Notes: a model not told the origin generated them from the sequence alone. A stretch of DNA of 63,750 nt, filler included, from Octopus bimaculoides (GCF_001194135.2; 6 parts of 6 records of this genome joined end to end with filler, not necessarily neighbours in it); one strand, 5' to 3'. Positions 40,117 to 53,033 are shown, numbered from the whole stretch's first letter. Translations and numbers: made by a program.

Positions 40117-40760
40117 AGGTAATGGTGGGAAAAAATGTGTTTGAAGTGAGTGGAGAGTGAAAAAGTTCTGGGGAAAGGCTAACAGACAGACTGACAAATA
40201 GGCTGTTAGAGAAAGAAAGAAACAAAGGCCACATGCACAGACATACAGATATATCTATATATATGTGTATATACACATGTACATAATGAACACACACACA
40301 CACAATTTATGGGTTTTTTTGGAATAACAAAACCACAGGCTATGAAAATGACTCTGCAGGCCAGTAGAGTATTACATAGATAATATGAAACTTGCTCCTG
40401 CAATTATAAATTTGTTGTAATCAGCAGATTATACACACACACACACACATGCATGCACATTTAGTTCATTTGTACACTTGTTTTTTTTTTATGCATGCAG
40501 AGCTTAGTTCAAGAGTCATCTCAAGCAAGATATGCAGCTGAATGCTCTTGCTGCTGCTAACCTGTATATGTTTTCAGGTAAGAAATTTTAATATACCAGA
40601 GGATTTGGAAGTGCAGAGTGACCAATCATAATGTTAACAAAGGGTTATCAATATCATCACAATTTCATTCATGCAGTGGCAAGCATCACACACAAACACA
40701 CACACACATACGCACACACACACACATATGCACACACACACATACACAAAGGCTATGAAA

Positions 40761-40925
40761 GCCACAGAGAGGATCATAGCACAATTGATCAAGAATAGAG
40801 TCAGACTTGATGAAATGCAGTTTGGTTTTAGGCCTGAAAGAGGTACTACAGATGCAAGTCATCCAGGTAAGGCAACAGCAAGAGAATTACCTTAGCTAAG
40901 AGTAAACCATTATACCTACCTTTTG
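40761..40925 (+). mobile_element. RTE reverse transcriptase fragment
   Basis: AMKATERIIAQLIKNRVRLDEMQFGFRPERGTTDA (QFGF...G-TDA motif). Confidence 0.85.
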
Positions 40926-40926
40926 T

Positions 40927-40974
<48 letters not shown>

Positions 40975-41952
40975 TCTTTCTTCCAGTTATCTCAACATGA
41001 GGAATCACTAATACTGACACATTTTCTCTCTCTCCATATTTTTCTCTTATCCCTTNNNNNNNNNNNNNNNNNNNNNNNNNNNNNNNNNNNNNNNNNNNNN
41101 NNNNNNNNNNNNNNNNNNNNNNNNNNNNNNNNNNNNNNNNNNNNNNNNNNNNNNNNNNNNNNNNNNNNNNNNNNNNNNNNNNNNNNNNNNNNNNNNNNNN
41201 NNNNNNNNNNNNNNNNNNNNNNNNNNNNNNNNNNNNNNNNNNNNNNNNNNNNNNNNNNNNNNNNNNNNNNNNNNNNNNNNNNNNNNNNNNNNNNNNNNNN
41301 NNNNNNNNNNNNNNNNNNNNNNNNNNNNNNNNNNNNNNNNNNNNNNNNNNNNNNNNNNNNNNNNNNNNNNNNNNNNNNNNNNNNNNNNNNNNNNNNNNNN
41401 NNNNNNNNNNNNNNNNNNNNNNNNNNNNNNNNNNNNNNNNNNNNNNNNNNNNNNNNNNNNNNNNNNNNNNNNNNNNNNNNNNNNNNNNNNNNNNNNNNNN
41501 NNNNNNNNNNNNNNNNNNNNNNNNNNNNNNNNNNNNNNNNNNNNNNNNNNNNNNNNNNNNNNNNNNNNNNNNNNNNNNNNNNNNNNNNNNNNNNNNNNNN
41601 NNNNNNNNNNNNNNNNNNNNNNNNNNNNNNNNNNNNNNNNNNNNNNNNNNNNNNNNNNNNNNNNNNNNNNNNNNNNNNNNNNNNNNNNNNNNNNNNNNNN
41701 NNNNNNNNNNNNNNNNNNNNNNNNNNNNNNNNNNNNNNNNNNNNNNNNNNNNNNNNNNNNNNNNNNNNNNNNNNNNNNNNNNNNNNNNNNNNNNNNNNNN
41801 NNNNNNNNNNNNNNNNNNNNNNNNNNNNNNNNNNNNNNNNNNNNNNNNNNNNNNNNNNNNNNNNNNNNNNNNNNNNNNNNNNNNNNNNNNNNNNNNNNNN
41901 NNNNNNNNNNNNNNNNNNNNNNNNNNNNNNNNNNNNNNNNNNNNNNNNNNNN

Positions 41953-42588
41953 CCATGGCTGAAAGGGGGCATATTTCGCCCCTGGAAGCGGTCTACTGGT
42001 ACAACATGTCTCCCCGATCCGGACAAGCGGAAGAGTCTGTGCCGCACAAAGCGGTGTTCAAATATGAATGGAGGCATCCCAGTAAGACGCCGGAGTTCTG
42101 CGAGGAAGAGAAGGGACCTGCCGGCGTGAAAGTAGGGGAGGAAGTTTGGGTCAAGCTGCCGAAGGCACGCTGCACATCACAATGGGGCAGGGGAACAGTG
42201 ACAGCGGTCAATTCCAGAAACAATGTATCTGTGGATGGAATGCCGCGTCACGTGCTGGACCTGCGCTGGATAGCCACTTCGTCGGATGAAGAGCGCGATG
42301 GAAACGAGCTACCTGGCTTGAGAAGATCTCGACGTGTAAGGCGCCCGCCCGGTTGGATGGTGGACTTCGAATTGGAGTAGGGGTGAACGTGATCTTTAAG
42401 ATCAGGGTGGCGTGTGGNNNNNNNNNNCCCGCCCGGTTGGATGGTGGACTTCGAATTGGAGTAGGGGTGAACGTGATCTTTAAGATCAGGGTGGCGTGTG
42501 GTATGACGTCAGTGTCTGGGGAGGCTGACCGGAAGTGTGAGTTGACCGGAAGAGGAAAAAGGGCAGAGGGAGCCTTGATCGGGATTCG
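41953..42588 (+). mobile_element. Gypsy-like LTR retrotransposon 3' end: integrase C-terminus, purine-rich tract and start of 3' LTR (TG at 42497)
   Basis: ORF 41955-42380 (SPLEAVYWYNMSPR...YEWRHP...VGEEVWVK...GTVTAVNSRNNVSVDGMPRHVLDLR...LRRSRRVRRPPGW). GC- and CpG-rich relative to flanks; bounded by gaps. Confidence 0.75.
42504..42552 (+). promoter_or_regulatory. CRE palindrome and two ETS-type motifs inside the putative LTR
   Basis: TGACGTCA 42504-42511; CCGGAAGT 42529-42536; CCGGAAG 42546-42552. Motif match only; function not shown. Confidence 0.4.
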
Positions 42589-42688
42589 NNNNNNNNNNNN
42601 NNNNNNNNNNNNNNNNNNNNNNNNNNNNNNNNNNNNNNNNNNNNNNNNNNNNNNNNNNNNNNNNNNNNNNNNNNNNNNNNNNNNNNNN

Positions 42689-42850
42689 ATTACATCGACC
42701 CCAGTGCATAACTGGTACTTAATTTATTGACCCCAAAAAGATGAAAGGCAAATCAACATCGGCTGAATTTGAACTCAGAATGTAACGGCAGACGAAATAC
42801 TGCTAAGCATTTCGCCCGGCGTGCTAACGTTCCTGCTAGCTCGCTGCCTT
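42689..42850 (-). mobile_element. SINE family B monomer
   Basis: GATGAAAGGCAAA...GAATTTGAACTCAGAA...GACGAAATAC...CGGCGTGCTAACGT...GCTCGCTGCC. Confidence 0.85.
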
Positions 42851-42852
42851 CT

Positions 42853-42995
42853 CTCAGTTTGTCAACCAAATCTAGTCAGAAGGCTTTGTTTGGTTTGTGG
42901 GTATAGTAGAAGGTACTTGCCAAAGGTGCTGTGAAGTAGGATTGAACCCAAGATCACACAGTTGGGAAGCAAGTTTTGTAACCACACAGCCATGC
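42853..42995 (-). mobile_element. SINE family A head, degraded
   Basis: GGATTGAACCC...GTTGGGAAGCAAG...ACCACACAGCCATGCC. Confidence 0.65.
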
Positions 42996-43729
42996 CTGTG
43001 CCTGTATAATTAAAATAATAAAAAAAAAAAGAGGGATTTACTATCTCTTCTATGAGAATACTACTCAACATTACTCCATGTTTACACTTGTAAAACAAAA
43101 GTTTAAGGCTGATACACTTCTCACTTCAAAAGGAGAAATAAAAGTTGCCTTCATGTTGTTTTAATAATGTTAAAATACAGTCAAACTACTTTTCAAAACA
43201 GTTTACTGTGAAATAGTCAAATATAGCTATCACAACGCAAAAGTAGATAGATGAATAAAATGAGAGATAAACTGTGGCTGTTCAATAGAGAAAATGATAC
43301 TATACTGTTTCCCCCCCCCCCCTTAAGCTTATTAGTTATCTCAAACATTTCATTACTTTCTGCATCAGCATCTTGGGACCTATTTCTTTTCAATCTAGAT
43401 CAATGTATCTTTTCAATCTCAGATTGATCTTTTTTCTTCTCAGTCTCCCAAGATTCAAACTTCTATTGAAGTTCTTTAATCATGCTTTCAATATGAATCA
43501 AATCTTCAACATGTAACACCTTACTGAAAGCATAGAGTTCAAAACTCTGTTGCTACAATTTAAAGGTAAAAGATGTGGTTTTTTTGACCAACAACCAAAT
43601 AACCTTCAAATTAAACTCGTTAATTTTCACACACATACACACACACACACACATAACTTCCCTTCCTCACTCCTCTTGTAGATTTTCTAAATTTAGGAAT
43701 AATGGAGGTTCTATGTCGTTGCTTTCAGT

Positions 43730-44062
43730 GAAGACACAGGGCTCAGTGGTTAGAGCCTCGAGCTCACAATCATGAGATAGTGAATTTGATTCCTGGACTA
43801 CACTGTGTGTTGTATTCTTGAGCAAGACACTGTATTTCATGTTGCTCTAGTTTACTCAGCTATAGAAATAAGTTGCAATGTCACAGGTGCCAAGCTGTAT
43901 TGTCCTTTGCCTTTCCCTAGGATAACATTGGTGGTGTGGAGAGGGGAGGCTGGTATACATGGAAAACTACTGGTCTTCCATAAACAACCTTGCCTGGACT
44001 TGTGCCTCGGAGGGGAACTTCCTAGGTGCAATCCCATGATCATTCATGACTGAAGGGTTTTT
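43730..44062 (+). mobile_element. tRNA-derived SINE family C
   Basis: GGCTCAGTGGTTAGAG A box, TTTGATTCC B-box-like, TTCTTGAGCAAGACAC. Its 3' part is shared with 62800-62990. Confidence 0.75.
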
Positions 44063-46402
44063 TACTCTTTTCTTTTTTCATGTGGTTGCTCAACTTAGCA
44101 AAACTGGTAGCTTAATTTCAAATCACATTCTACTACCTTTAAAAAAAGGACACATTAGATAATGTCAATACACTAGGTCTAAACAGAAGACAAGATGGTC
44201 CTGAGTGAAATGCCTGTAACCTGTGATGATAGGTCTGCTTGGGGCTGAAACAACAATAACAACATCACTGCTTTGCTTTTTGCATTAGTTTATAGAAGTA
44301 ATAAAGTTTCTTCCTTCTATTAAAAAGTAATAATCCACTGTTTATCCATTTTAAATGACTGGAATGAAATGATAAAACAATATTCAAGGGATTATTAAAA
44401 TGTCTAGAGGGAAAAGTTCATATGATGTTTGTGTGCATAGCAACAATACTATTCTTATAACAGTATCCAATCTGGCCCATTGTCGAGCTTTGTAGAGGGT
44501 TAGCAACTGATAAGAGCTGGAATATTTCTGGGCTCTAGAGAAGAATTCTAGTCTTTGCAATAATTTTGGCAATGTCATATATATCAGAGCCACATAAGGG
44601 ATGGTCATTATAAATTTGGAAACCTGGTGCTGGGACTTCCAAGGTTTTAGTTGTGTTCTATTGATGACTTATAGAGTACATAAACTTACATACACATGTA
44701 TACCTATATCTATATACATTATGTAACTAAATAAATGTGAACTCTGAGGCCTCCTAATTACTTGAGTCTTAGGCTTCATTGAAGCACTTACAAAACTCAC
44801 ACTTTATTCATAGTTTGTCAACAAATTCTGCTATGACAACCAAATACTTAATTCATTTGCTACTGCTTCAGTAATACTAAGATGACTCAGGACTAAATTT
44901 ATTGTGAAATTCAATGTATTTATACCCAGCTAAACATTAATTTACAGTGAGTTAATAGGTAATTCTAACAATACTTTTTGCATTTCACACATTATTTGCA
45001 ATATTTTCATTCAGACACTGAACTTGTTATTTAATAGATGCCTTAGCTCCTTTGAGTCTTTTTACGCTTTTCAAGACTGTTTAATAACTTTATAACATTT
45101 CATGTTGCAGATGTAACTTCTCAGGTGGTCATTTATCATCCTTATCTTTCATAGAAATCTGATAGTCTAATTGTCTTGATAACAAACCAACTCAGACTGC
45201 CCCTTGTTCTGTGTTAACATCTCTTTGTTTAAATTGGTATGTATTAAAACCTTCCATTAAATTTGTATGTTAACTAATGTTCCAAACAAAAGCTTAATAA
45301 TGACTGATATTTTACTAAAGTAGTTGTGGTCTGCAGCAGTGGCATTGGTGGTGGCAGCATCATCATTTAATGTCTGTTTTCCATGCTAGAATGGTCTGAC
45401 AGGAGTTGGCAAGAGTTAGATGCTGTTCCTAATACCAACCATTTCGCAGAGTGTCTCGTATCTTTCAAAATTGATAGAGACGAAAGCAGTATTTTTTTGT
45501 CTTTTTTTTCACCAGAAATATGGTAACAAAAAGGTGAAAACGTTAAAAAAAAAAAAAAGCATTTTGACTATCCAACTTCACAACAACAATTCCTGAGATG
45601 TTTTATAGTCATCTTTATGTTTATGCTCTGAACTGCTTTCCCCACTCTGTCATAAACAACTTCTACAAATGCATACTTTAATGACTTCACAGGGTAAAGG
45701 ACTTTGCTATCTTAGTTATACATTTGTGCAACAATTTCTTACAACAATACTTTTGTCTCGTCTCTTTTTTTTTTTCTATGAAGGCAAGTGCACCCTTATC
45801 ATTTCAGACAGACAAACTTTATTCCATCGACATATTGATTTTCATTGTGATGCTCTTATATTTCAACTTAAAAGGAATTATGTTTCTTATCGTCTCAACA
45901 GATAACATACTCAGTGCTTCTCTACCAACTAGATAAACCATCCATCTAATCTTAGCTTCTAGGTATAGTTCCTTTTTGTTATTCCCTTCCATTCTTTCAT
46001 CTTAAGTTACCAAAATTCACAGCATAAATATTCCACGATTCTTTCTTTTAAAGTTAAAAGTTACAAGAGAAATACACAAAAATAACTCAAATCCACTTTT
46101 TAAGGAAGTAACATGGTTAACCATTTGATAAATAGACATGTATAGATATACACACAAACATGCGTGTGCACATAGATGCACACAGAGAGCTTTCTTTCTA
46201 TTTAAATAAGCATTCATTTGTAAGCTCACAAATTTTACACAATACTTGCAAATACATGTGTATATGTATGTGTGAGTACATGCAATAACAGATGGAGATG
46301 TGAATATATGCATGTGTGTACAAACAAACCTAAAGTTAAAAAAGTAGCTAAAGATATGCACACACACATGCACACAAATATATGTCTGTTTGTTTATCAA
46401 TC

Positions 46403-46436
<34 letters not shown>

Positions 46437-47069
46437 NNNNNNNNNNNNNNNNNNNNNNNNNNNNNNNNNNNNNNNNNNNNNNNNNNNNNNNNNNNNNNNN
46501 NNNNNNNNNNNNNNNNNNNNNNNNNNNNNNNNNNNNNNNNNNNNNNNNNNNNNNNNNNGAAAAATCAAATGTTTTGTAATGAACTTCATTAGCTTACAGT
46601 TGTTTCTGCTATAAGATGTGGTGGACTCTTAATTGAGTATCAGGATATCATCCTATAGCTTTGTAAGAGCCTTGAAAATGAAATGCACTTTATTTTTTCT
46701 TCCTTGGGATAAAACTTTCCATATCCATCAACATAAACTTTCTCACTCATGATACTTGTATGTTCTGAAAATGTAACTTTTCCAAATAAAGTACACTTCA
46801 TATTCAAGGATTTGATGAAGCTATAAAATGTTATCTGGGTACTCAACTAAGTGTGCACCACACCTTATAGGAGAAACGGCTGTAAGCTAATGAAGTTAAT
46901 TACATAACATTTGGTTTTTCCAGGTCATCTCTTTGTTTTCTATTACCACTCTATACTCATATAACATTGTGTTCTTGACCATACATATACTGAGTTCAAC
47001 ACCATGTTATCAGTCTTGCTATGCCTAAGCGAAGTATTTATACATACATATACATACATATATACATAC

Positions 47070-47230
47070 AATTGTTAAACAGGACAGTAAACATTAAGGC
47101 AAGGCAAACATCACAAGTCATATACAACATTATTATAGGAAAAAATTCAAAATCTTACAGGAAGAAACAATATTGTATACGACTTGAGATGTTTGCCTTG
47201 CCTTAATGTTTACTGTCCTGTTTAACAATT
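47070..47230. repeat. 161-bp hairpin / MITE-like inverted repeat (62-bp arms)
   Basis: 47070-47131 is the reverse complement of 47169-47230 with about 3 mismatches. Confidence 0.9.
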
Positions 47231-47481
47231 ATATATTCGCTGCATAGGAAATCTGCAATGGCTCTATAACTACCACCTCGGCTATAACCTTGGAGCCCAG
47301 TAGTTTGTTACAGCACCCAGTAGTTTGTTTCAACTGCATGAACTAAAAGTCAGAGGGGACGAGATAAACTACCTGCATCAACTTGCTATAAAAGCAGGTA
47401 GTAATTTTACCTTAATCTTATTCTTAGTGAAAATTTTGAAGAGTGTAGTTCAATTTTAACAGTTATTTTTTCAAAGCTATA

Positions 47482-48531
47482 ATGGAAGTGACAAAGGAAC
47501 ATATTCAACATATTTTGCTTTATGAGTTCAATAAAGGCAACAATGCAATNNNNNNNNNNTTCAACATATTTTGCTTTATGAGTTCAATAAAGGCAACAAT
47601 GCAATGGAAAGTGTGAGGAATTTTAATGCAGTATATGGGGATTGGAAAATAAGTGTAAGCCAGTGTCAACAGTGGTCCCAGAAATTCTGAGCCTAGAAGA
47701 CAAGCCTCATCCTGGAAGGTATGTAGAGCTCAACAAGAACATCCTGTAAACCCTGGTGGGACAAAATCCCATTGTAATTGTTGAGGAACTAGCAGAGAAG
47801 CTTGGATTTGGTCATTTATCAACACCTGCGTGCCATTGGAAAAGTCAGCAAATTGTGGGTTCCTCACAAATATTCTGAGTCTAATTGTGTGCAGAGAGTG
47901 AATGTGTGCTCTTCTTTGCTGTCATCTCCCACGAATGAACCTTTTTTTGGACCGAATAGTGACTGGAGACGAGTAATGGGTTCTCTATAAAAATGTCAAG
48001 CGCCAAAGAAAGTGGGCAGGGAAAGGAGAAACACCAGCATCCCAGGCTAAAGAAGGTCTTCACCCATGTAAGATGTTGTTATTTGTTTGGTGGGATATGA
48101 AAGGTTTAGCCCACTTTGAACTTTTAAACCCCAACCAAACAATAACAAGGGAGATCTACTGCGAGCAGCTTAAGTCAGTGCTAGAAGAAAAATGACCATC
48201 TTTGGTTTCAAGATGAAAGGTGTGCTGCCATCAGGATAATGCTCAGCCACATACAGTGAGGATGACATTCCAAAGGATGGAGCAGTTTGAATGGGAAACG
48301 ATGTCCCACCCACCATATTCACTGGACATTGCTCCATCTGATTATCATTTATTCCACAGTCTTCAAAATCATTTTGACAGAAAAAATATGAATTCTGTCG
48401 ATGAGGTCAGAACAGTACTGGAGGAGTGTTTTTCATCATGGACAAGTGAATTTTGGAAGAGGAGCCTTGCAAGTCTACCAGATAGATGGAAGAGCATTGT
48501 AGAAAATGAAGGAGAGTATATTTTATATTAA
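47482..48531 (+). mobile_element. Mariner (D,D34D) transposase pseudogene
   Basis: MEVTKEHIQHILLYEFNKG..., WVPH, IVTGDE*WVLY, HQDNAQPH, HPPYSLDIAPSDYHLF...LPDRWKSIVENEGEY. Frameshifts and stops present. Confidence 0.95.
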
Positions 48532-48706
48532 AAAAGAACTTTNNNNNNNNNNNNNNNNNNNNNNNNNNNNNNNNNNNNNNNNNNNNNNNNNNNNNNNNNN
48601 NNNNNNNNNNNNNNNNNNNNNNNNNNNNNNNNNNNNNNNNNNNNNNNNNNNNNNNNNNNNNNNNNNNNNNNNNNNNNNNNNNNNNNNNNNNNNNNNNNNN
48701 NNNNNN

Positions 48707-48737
<31 letters not shown>

Positions 48738-48767
48738 TACCTAAACATTGATATAAACATATGCATA

Positions 48768-49471
48768 CAAGAGAAAACTGCTTTCAACAGGCAGTTTTTT
48801 ACATGCTAGAAGAAGTAGTCAATATGACCAAAAGGAATGAAAAATAAAAACGTTTACTTTGCTATTTTAATCCGGTCAGACCTAGGTTTCAAAATGTTTT
48901 TAGTAAATAAAATAATTTGTTAGGCGAATTTCTCATCAGTGATCGCGGCATAACACTAACATATAATTAACAGATGAATAACACGTGTCTCATCGTTATA
49001 CATTATAACTTTTCAAATTCACCACGTAAGCACAGTTTCAGTCGACAGTAAATGAATAAATGCTGAACTAATCTTTTAAAATGTTGTTAAATATACTTAA
49101 AATATAGGGTAGTGATTTCTTTTAGAAATTTCACCAAGATTAGTTCAGCATTTAATCACTTACTGCCAACTGAAACTGCGCTCGTGCAGTGAATTTGAAA
49201 AATTATAATGTATAACGATGAGACACGTGTTATTCGTCTCTTAATTATATGTTAGTGTTATGGTGCGGTCACTGATGAGAAATTCACCTAGCAAATTATT
49301 TTATTTGCTAAAAAAATTTTGAAACCTAGGTCTGATCGGATTAAAATAACAAGGTAAAAGTTTTTATTTTTCATTCCTTTTGAAAATTGCTCTTAAATGT
49401 GGTTTTGGTAATTTTTGACTACTTCATCTAGCTTGTAAAAAAAACTACCTGTTGAAGGCAGTTTTCTCTTG
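48768..49471. mobile_element. 700-bp fold-back palindrome (MITE-like)
   Basis: Left arm 48768-49075 is the reverse complement of 49136-49471 (right arm carries an extra stretch of about 30 bp). Termini CAAGAGAAAACTG / CAGTTTTCTCTTG, with TA on the left and TG on the right. Confidence 0.9.
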
Positions 49472-50047
49472 TGTTTAAATGTTTTATTTTGAGAATATGT
49501 CTAATGAATTTTTATACATGCTGGGCCACTGGTAATGAAATTTCTAAAAAAAACTCNNNNNNNNNNNNNNNNNNNNNNNNNNNNNNNNNNNNNNNNNNNN
49601 NNNNNNNNNNNNNNNNNNNNNNNNNNNNNNNNNNNNNNNNNNNNNNNNNNNNNNNNNNNNNNNNNNNNNNNNNNNNNNNNNNNNNNNNNNNNNNNNNNNN
49701 NNNNNNNNNNNNNNNNNNNNNNNNNNNNNNNNNNNNNNNNNNNNNNNNNNNNNNNNNNNNCATATATATACACATATGCATATATACATATATATACACA
49801 CACGTCCCACAAACATGGATACACATGTTATCAGATGTCCAATATTAATAACTCTTGAAGCACACAGGCCAGAAGTGCATGCCCTTTTTTTTATACTAGA
49901 GGTCAATATAAATTCAGGGTGCTTTGGGGTTGGTAAAAAAAAAATGATGGAATAAAACAGTGGAAAAATTATAACATTTTTCTAGGAGGGAAAAAGAAAA
50001 TATTTTCCATGGATAATGTATGTAAGCTGTGTAAGTGTGTGTTTGTC

Positions 50048-50078
<31 letters not shown>

Positions 50079-50089
50079 TTCTCAATTCA

Positions 50090-50680
50090 AAAATGGACAT
50101 ATGTTGCCAAAACATATTTTCACACATGAGGGCAGCATCCCTCAATTCGCTCTTTGAGTTTAGGGAAGTGCCTGGATTTTGGATTTTGTAAACTTTCAGA
50201 ATGATTCTCCTCTTAGCCAAGAAGAGTTTGCATTTTCTACTTCCATTCAGATATGATCCAGACTGTTCAAGCAACTTCCAGTTGATCTTTACAATGTTGC
50301 TTCCTTTTTTAATTGCTGGATATAACTTGTTACGATTGTAACACTGTGCTTCTCTTGGAGTCTAAAAGAAAATCTGTGATTATTGTTGCTCTGACATATT
50401 TCTGTCTATGTGTTGCTTCATTGTTGTTGCATGGCACTACCTCTGCATCATAGAACAAGGCTTCTGAATTGCACTAATTATACACTGGGTACTCACTGTA
50501 AATCCTAAATGAACATCCTGCATCTGCCTGTGTCTTTGGCATACTCACTAATATTGTTTTGATATAAGGCACACAGCTGAATGACACCCTTACTTTATGT
50601 ATAAAGACCACATGAAAGCTATATGCCTAGCTTACATACTTAAAAGAGAAAGTATCAGTGCAGAGTCATTTGGTTTGCAC
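50090..50680 (-). mobile_element. Penelope-like GIY-YIG remnant (left arm of inverted pair)
   Basis: LLEQSGSYLNGSRKCKLFLAKRRIILK...SLNSKSEL (ORF 49969-50274). Colinear with the + arm. Confidence 0.75.
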
Positions 50681-50689
50681 CCTACTTTT

Positions 50690-51280
50690 TCAACCAATGT
50701 GAAAACCTAGGTGAGAAAAGCCTTCTTTAAATTAATGGAGAAACCTTTTACACAGGGTCATAAATATAGGAAAATATTCAATTGACAAAACTTAAGGTTC
50801 TTGTTCAGTCATGTGCTTAGTGTCAAAATAATATTATTAAGTACTCTAAGGCCTCCAGCAGAAGCAGGATGCTCAAGTAGAGTTTACAGTGAGTACCCAG
50901 AGACTAATTAAGAAGCCATAGTCTATGAAGAAGAGGTGGTAGTGTTTAACAATAATGGAGTGAAACATGTTGGCACAATGGACAGTTCCTTTAAGGTCAT
51001 GCTGAATAATCATAGATACCCTCTAAAAATCCAAAAGAAGCACAATGTTAGAACTTTAACCAGCTATAAATGGTGATTAAAAGAAAGAATACCATACAAA
51101 ATCAACTAGAAGTTACAGGAATGATCTAGGCCATGTCTGGATGGAAGTACAAGGTGCAGGCTCTGCTTGGTAGAGAGGAGAAACACTCTCAAAAATTCAC
51201 ATCCAAGTGCTTTCCTAAACTCAGAAAGCAACATTTTCAGATGCTGCCTCATGAGCAGAAATTTCTTTTCAAGGGGTGGT
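50690..51280 (+). mobile_element. Penelope-like GIY-YIG remnant (right arm)
   Basis: Manual translation: FSTNVKT...HKYRKIFN...AIVYEEEV...KHVGTMDSSFKVMLNNH...TLTSYKW*LK...STRCRLCLVE...FLNSES. Confidence 0.8.
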
Positions 51281-51735
51281 GATGACCATTTTTGAATTAA
51301 GGAATGACATATATACATACATACAGCATAGAAGCTTCACTCATGGGAAACAACTTTTCTTTTTCTCTCAGAAAAATGTAAAAATTATTTCACTATATTT
51401 CATTCCACTTCTTTTTAACACTCAGAGTCTATATATACCTCCAGCATAGAAAAGGCTGTGTGTTTCTGGGTAGAATATCTGAAAAGTCATCAGTATTGCC
51501 AAGGAGCATTAGTTAGCAAAAACTGATAGTAACAGCGTAGCATTCTAACCAGCAATATACTGCTTGACAATATATATATATATATATGTATGTATATNNN
51601 NNNNNNNNNNNNNNNNNNNNNNNNNNNNNNNNNNNNNNNNNNNNNNNNNNNNNNNNNNNNNNNNNNNNNNNNNNNNNNNNNNNNNNNNNNNNNNNNNNNN
51701 NNNNNNNNNNNNNNNNNNNNNNNNNNNNNNNNNNN

Positions 51736-51776
<41 letters not shown>

Positions 51777-52981
51777 CTTTATTTTAGTTATCCTTATACA
51801 GGAATGTTGTTGCCAGTGACTTCGAAGTTTTGGGCAGCTAAGCTATTGGTGAACTGGATGAAACTTTGAAGTCACTGTCAACAGCATTCTTGTATAAGAA
51901 TAATAAATTTGTACTCTACAAAAATATAATGTAACCCATCAGATTTATGTAAAATTGTTTTTATTATAATTGAACATAAAGACACTCACACACACACACA
52001 AACATATGTTATGTGTGTTCAGTTAGATTCACAACTATTACTTGTGAGTTTAGAGCTCTTCATCAAATATCATGAGCCAGCCAACTTCCAGCATAGAAGT
52101 GTGGTTACTACTGAATTTAGTAGTATAAGAGGTTATGATGTACAAAGCAAATGTAGGAAAAAAATATGATAAACACAAGTTTATATGATTTGCTGTCTAT
52201 GTACATTTCTCCATTGTGGTTATTTGCAAACTCTGCATTGGATGTTCCAAGTATAGTTGGATGCTGAACAACAATACATCATCAGGGGAACAATTTCTTG
52301 TAATACGTTACACAGAACATAGATCAAATGCCTGAATTTGGATAGATGGCAAGACTTTTTATGTGTATGTTGAGAGGGAAGTAAATGGAGAGCAAAAGGC
52401 AGGGAGAAACAGAGAGAGAAAAGCAAACAAAAGAGAGAAAGAAAAGGCAGAGAAGTAGTTAAAGAAAGAAAGAAAGGAGTTATAGAAAAAGGTTAAAGAA
52501 GGGAAGAGGAAGGAGACAGAGACAGTGCAAAGGTGTGTTTTGTATGGGTCAGCCTTTCAGTGAATGCCAAGCTTTTGAATATTTTAGAATTACATCTTGA
52601 AAAAAGATATGCACATCCATTAATACAAACAGATGCAAGTTAAATACAGATACAAAAAAAATATACAAAGATATTAAAGTGTGAAAGGGTCATGTATATT
52701 TAAAGATAAACAAATAACCCAGTACAGAAACATACACACATGCATACATGTGCATGTGCAGACACAAACACACACATGCACACACATGATCAAACTGACG
52801 CCAATGAGCATGGTTTTGGTCTGCTCAGCAAGACTTGAATTATATAGTAAACTCCATAGGAAGAGTACAGTGAAAATACTGTAGGGAGTGGAAAACCCAA
52901 TGTTTTGGGCATCCTTTCTCAGAGAAATGTTGAATAGAGAGGACTAATTAGAGACATTGATTATATAGATACACACACTCA

Positions 52982-53033
<52 letters not shown>

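Noticed and set aside
42344-42501. Apparent 74-bp duplication at the Gypsy ORF end
   Set aside because: Identical copies around a 10-N gap; assembly overlap.
47504-47605. Apparent 46-bp duplication in the mariner 5' region
   Set aside because: Identical copies around a 10-N gap; assembly overlap.
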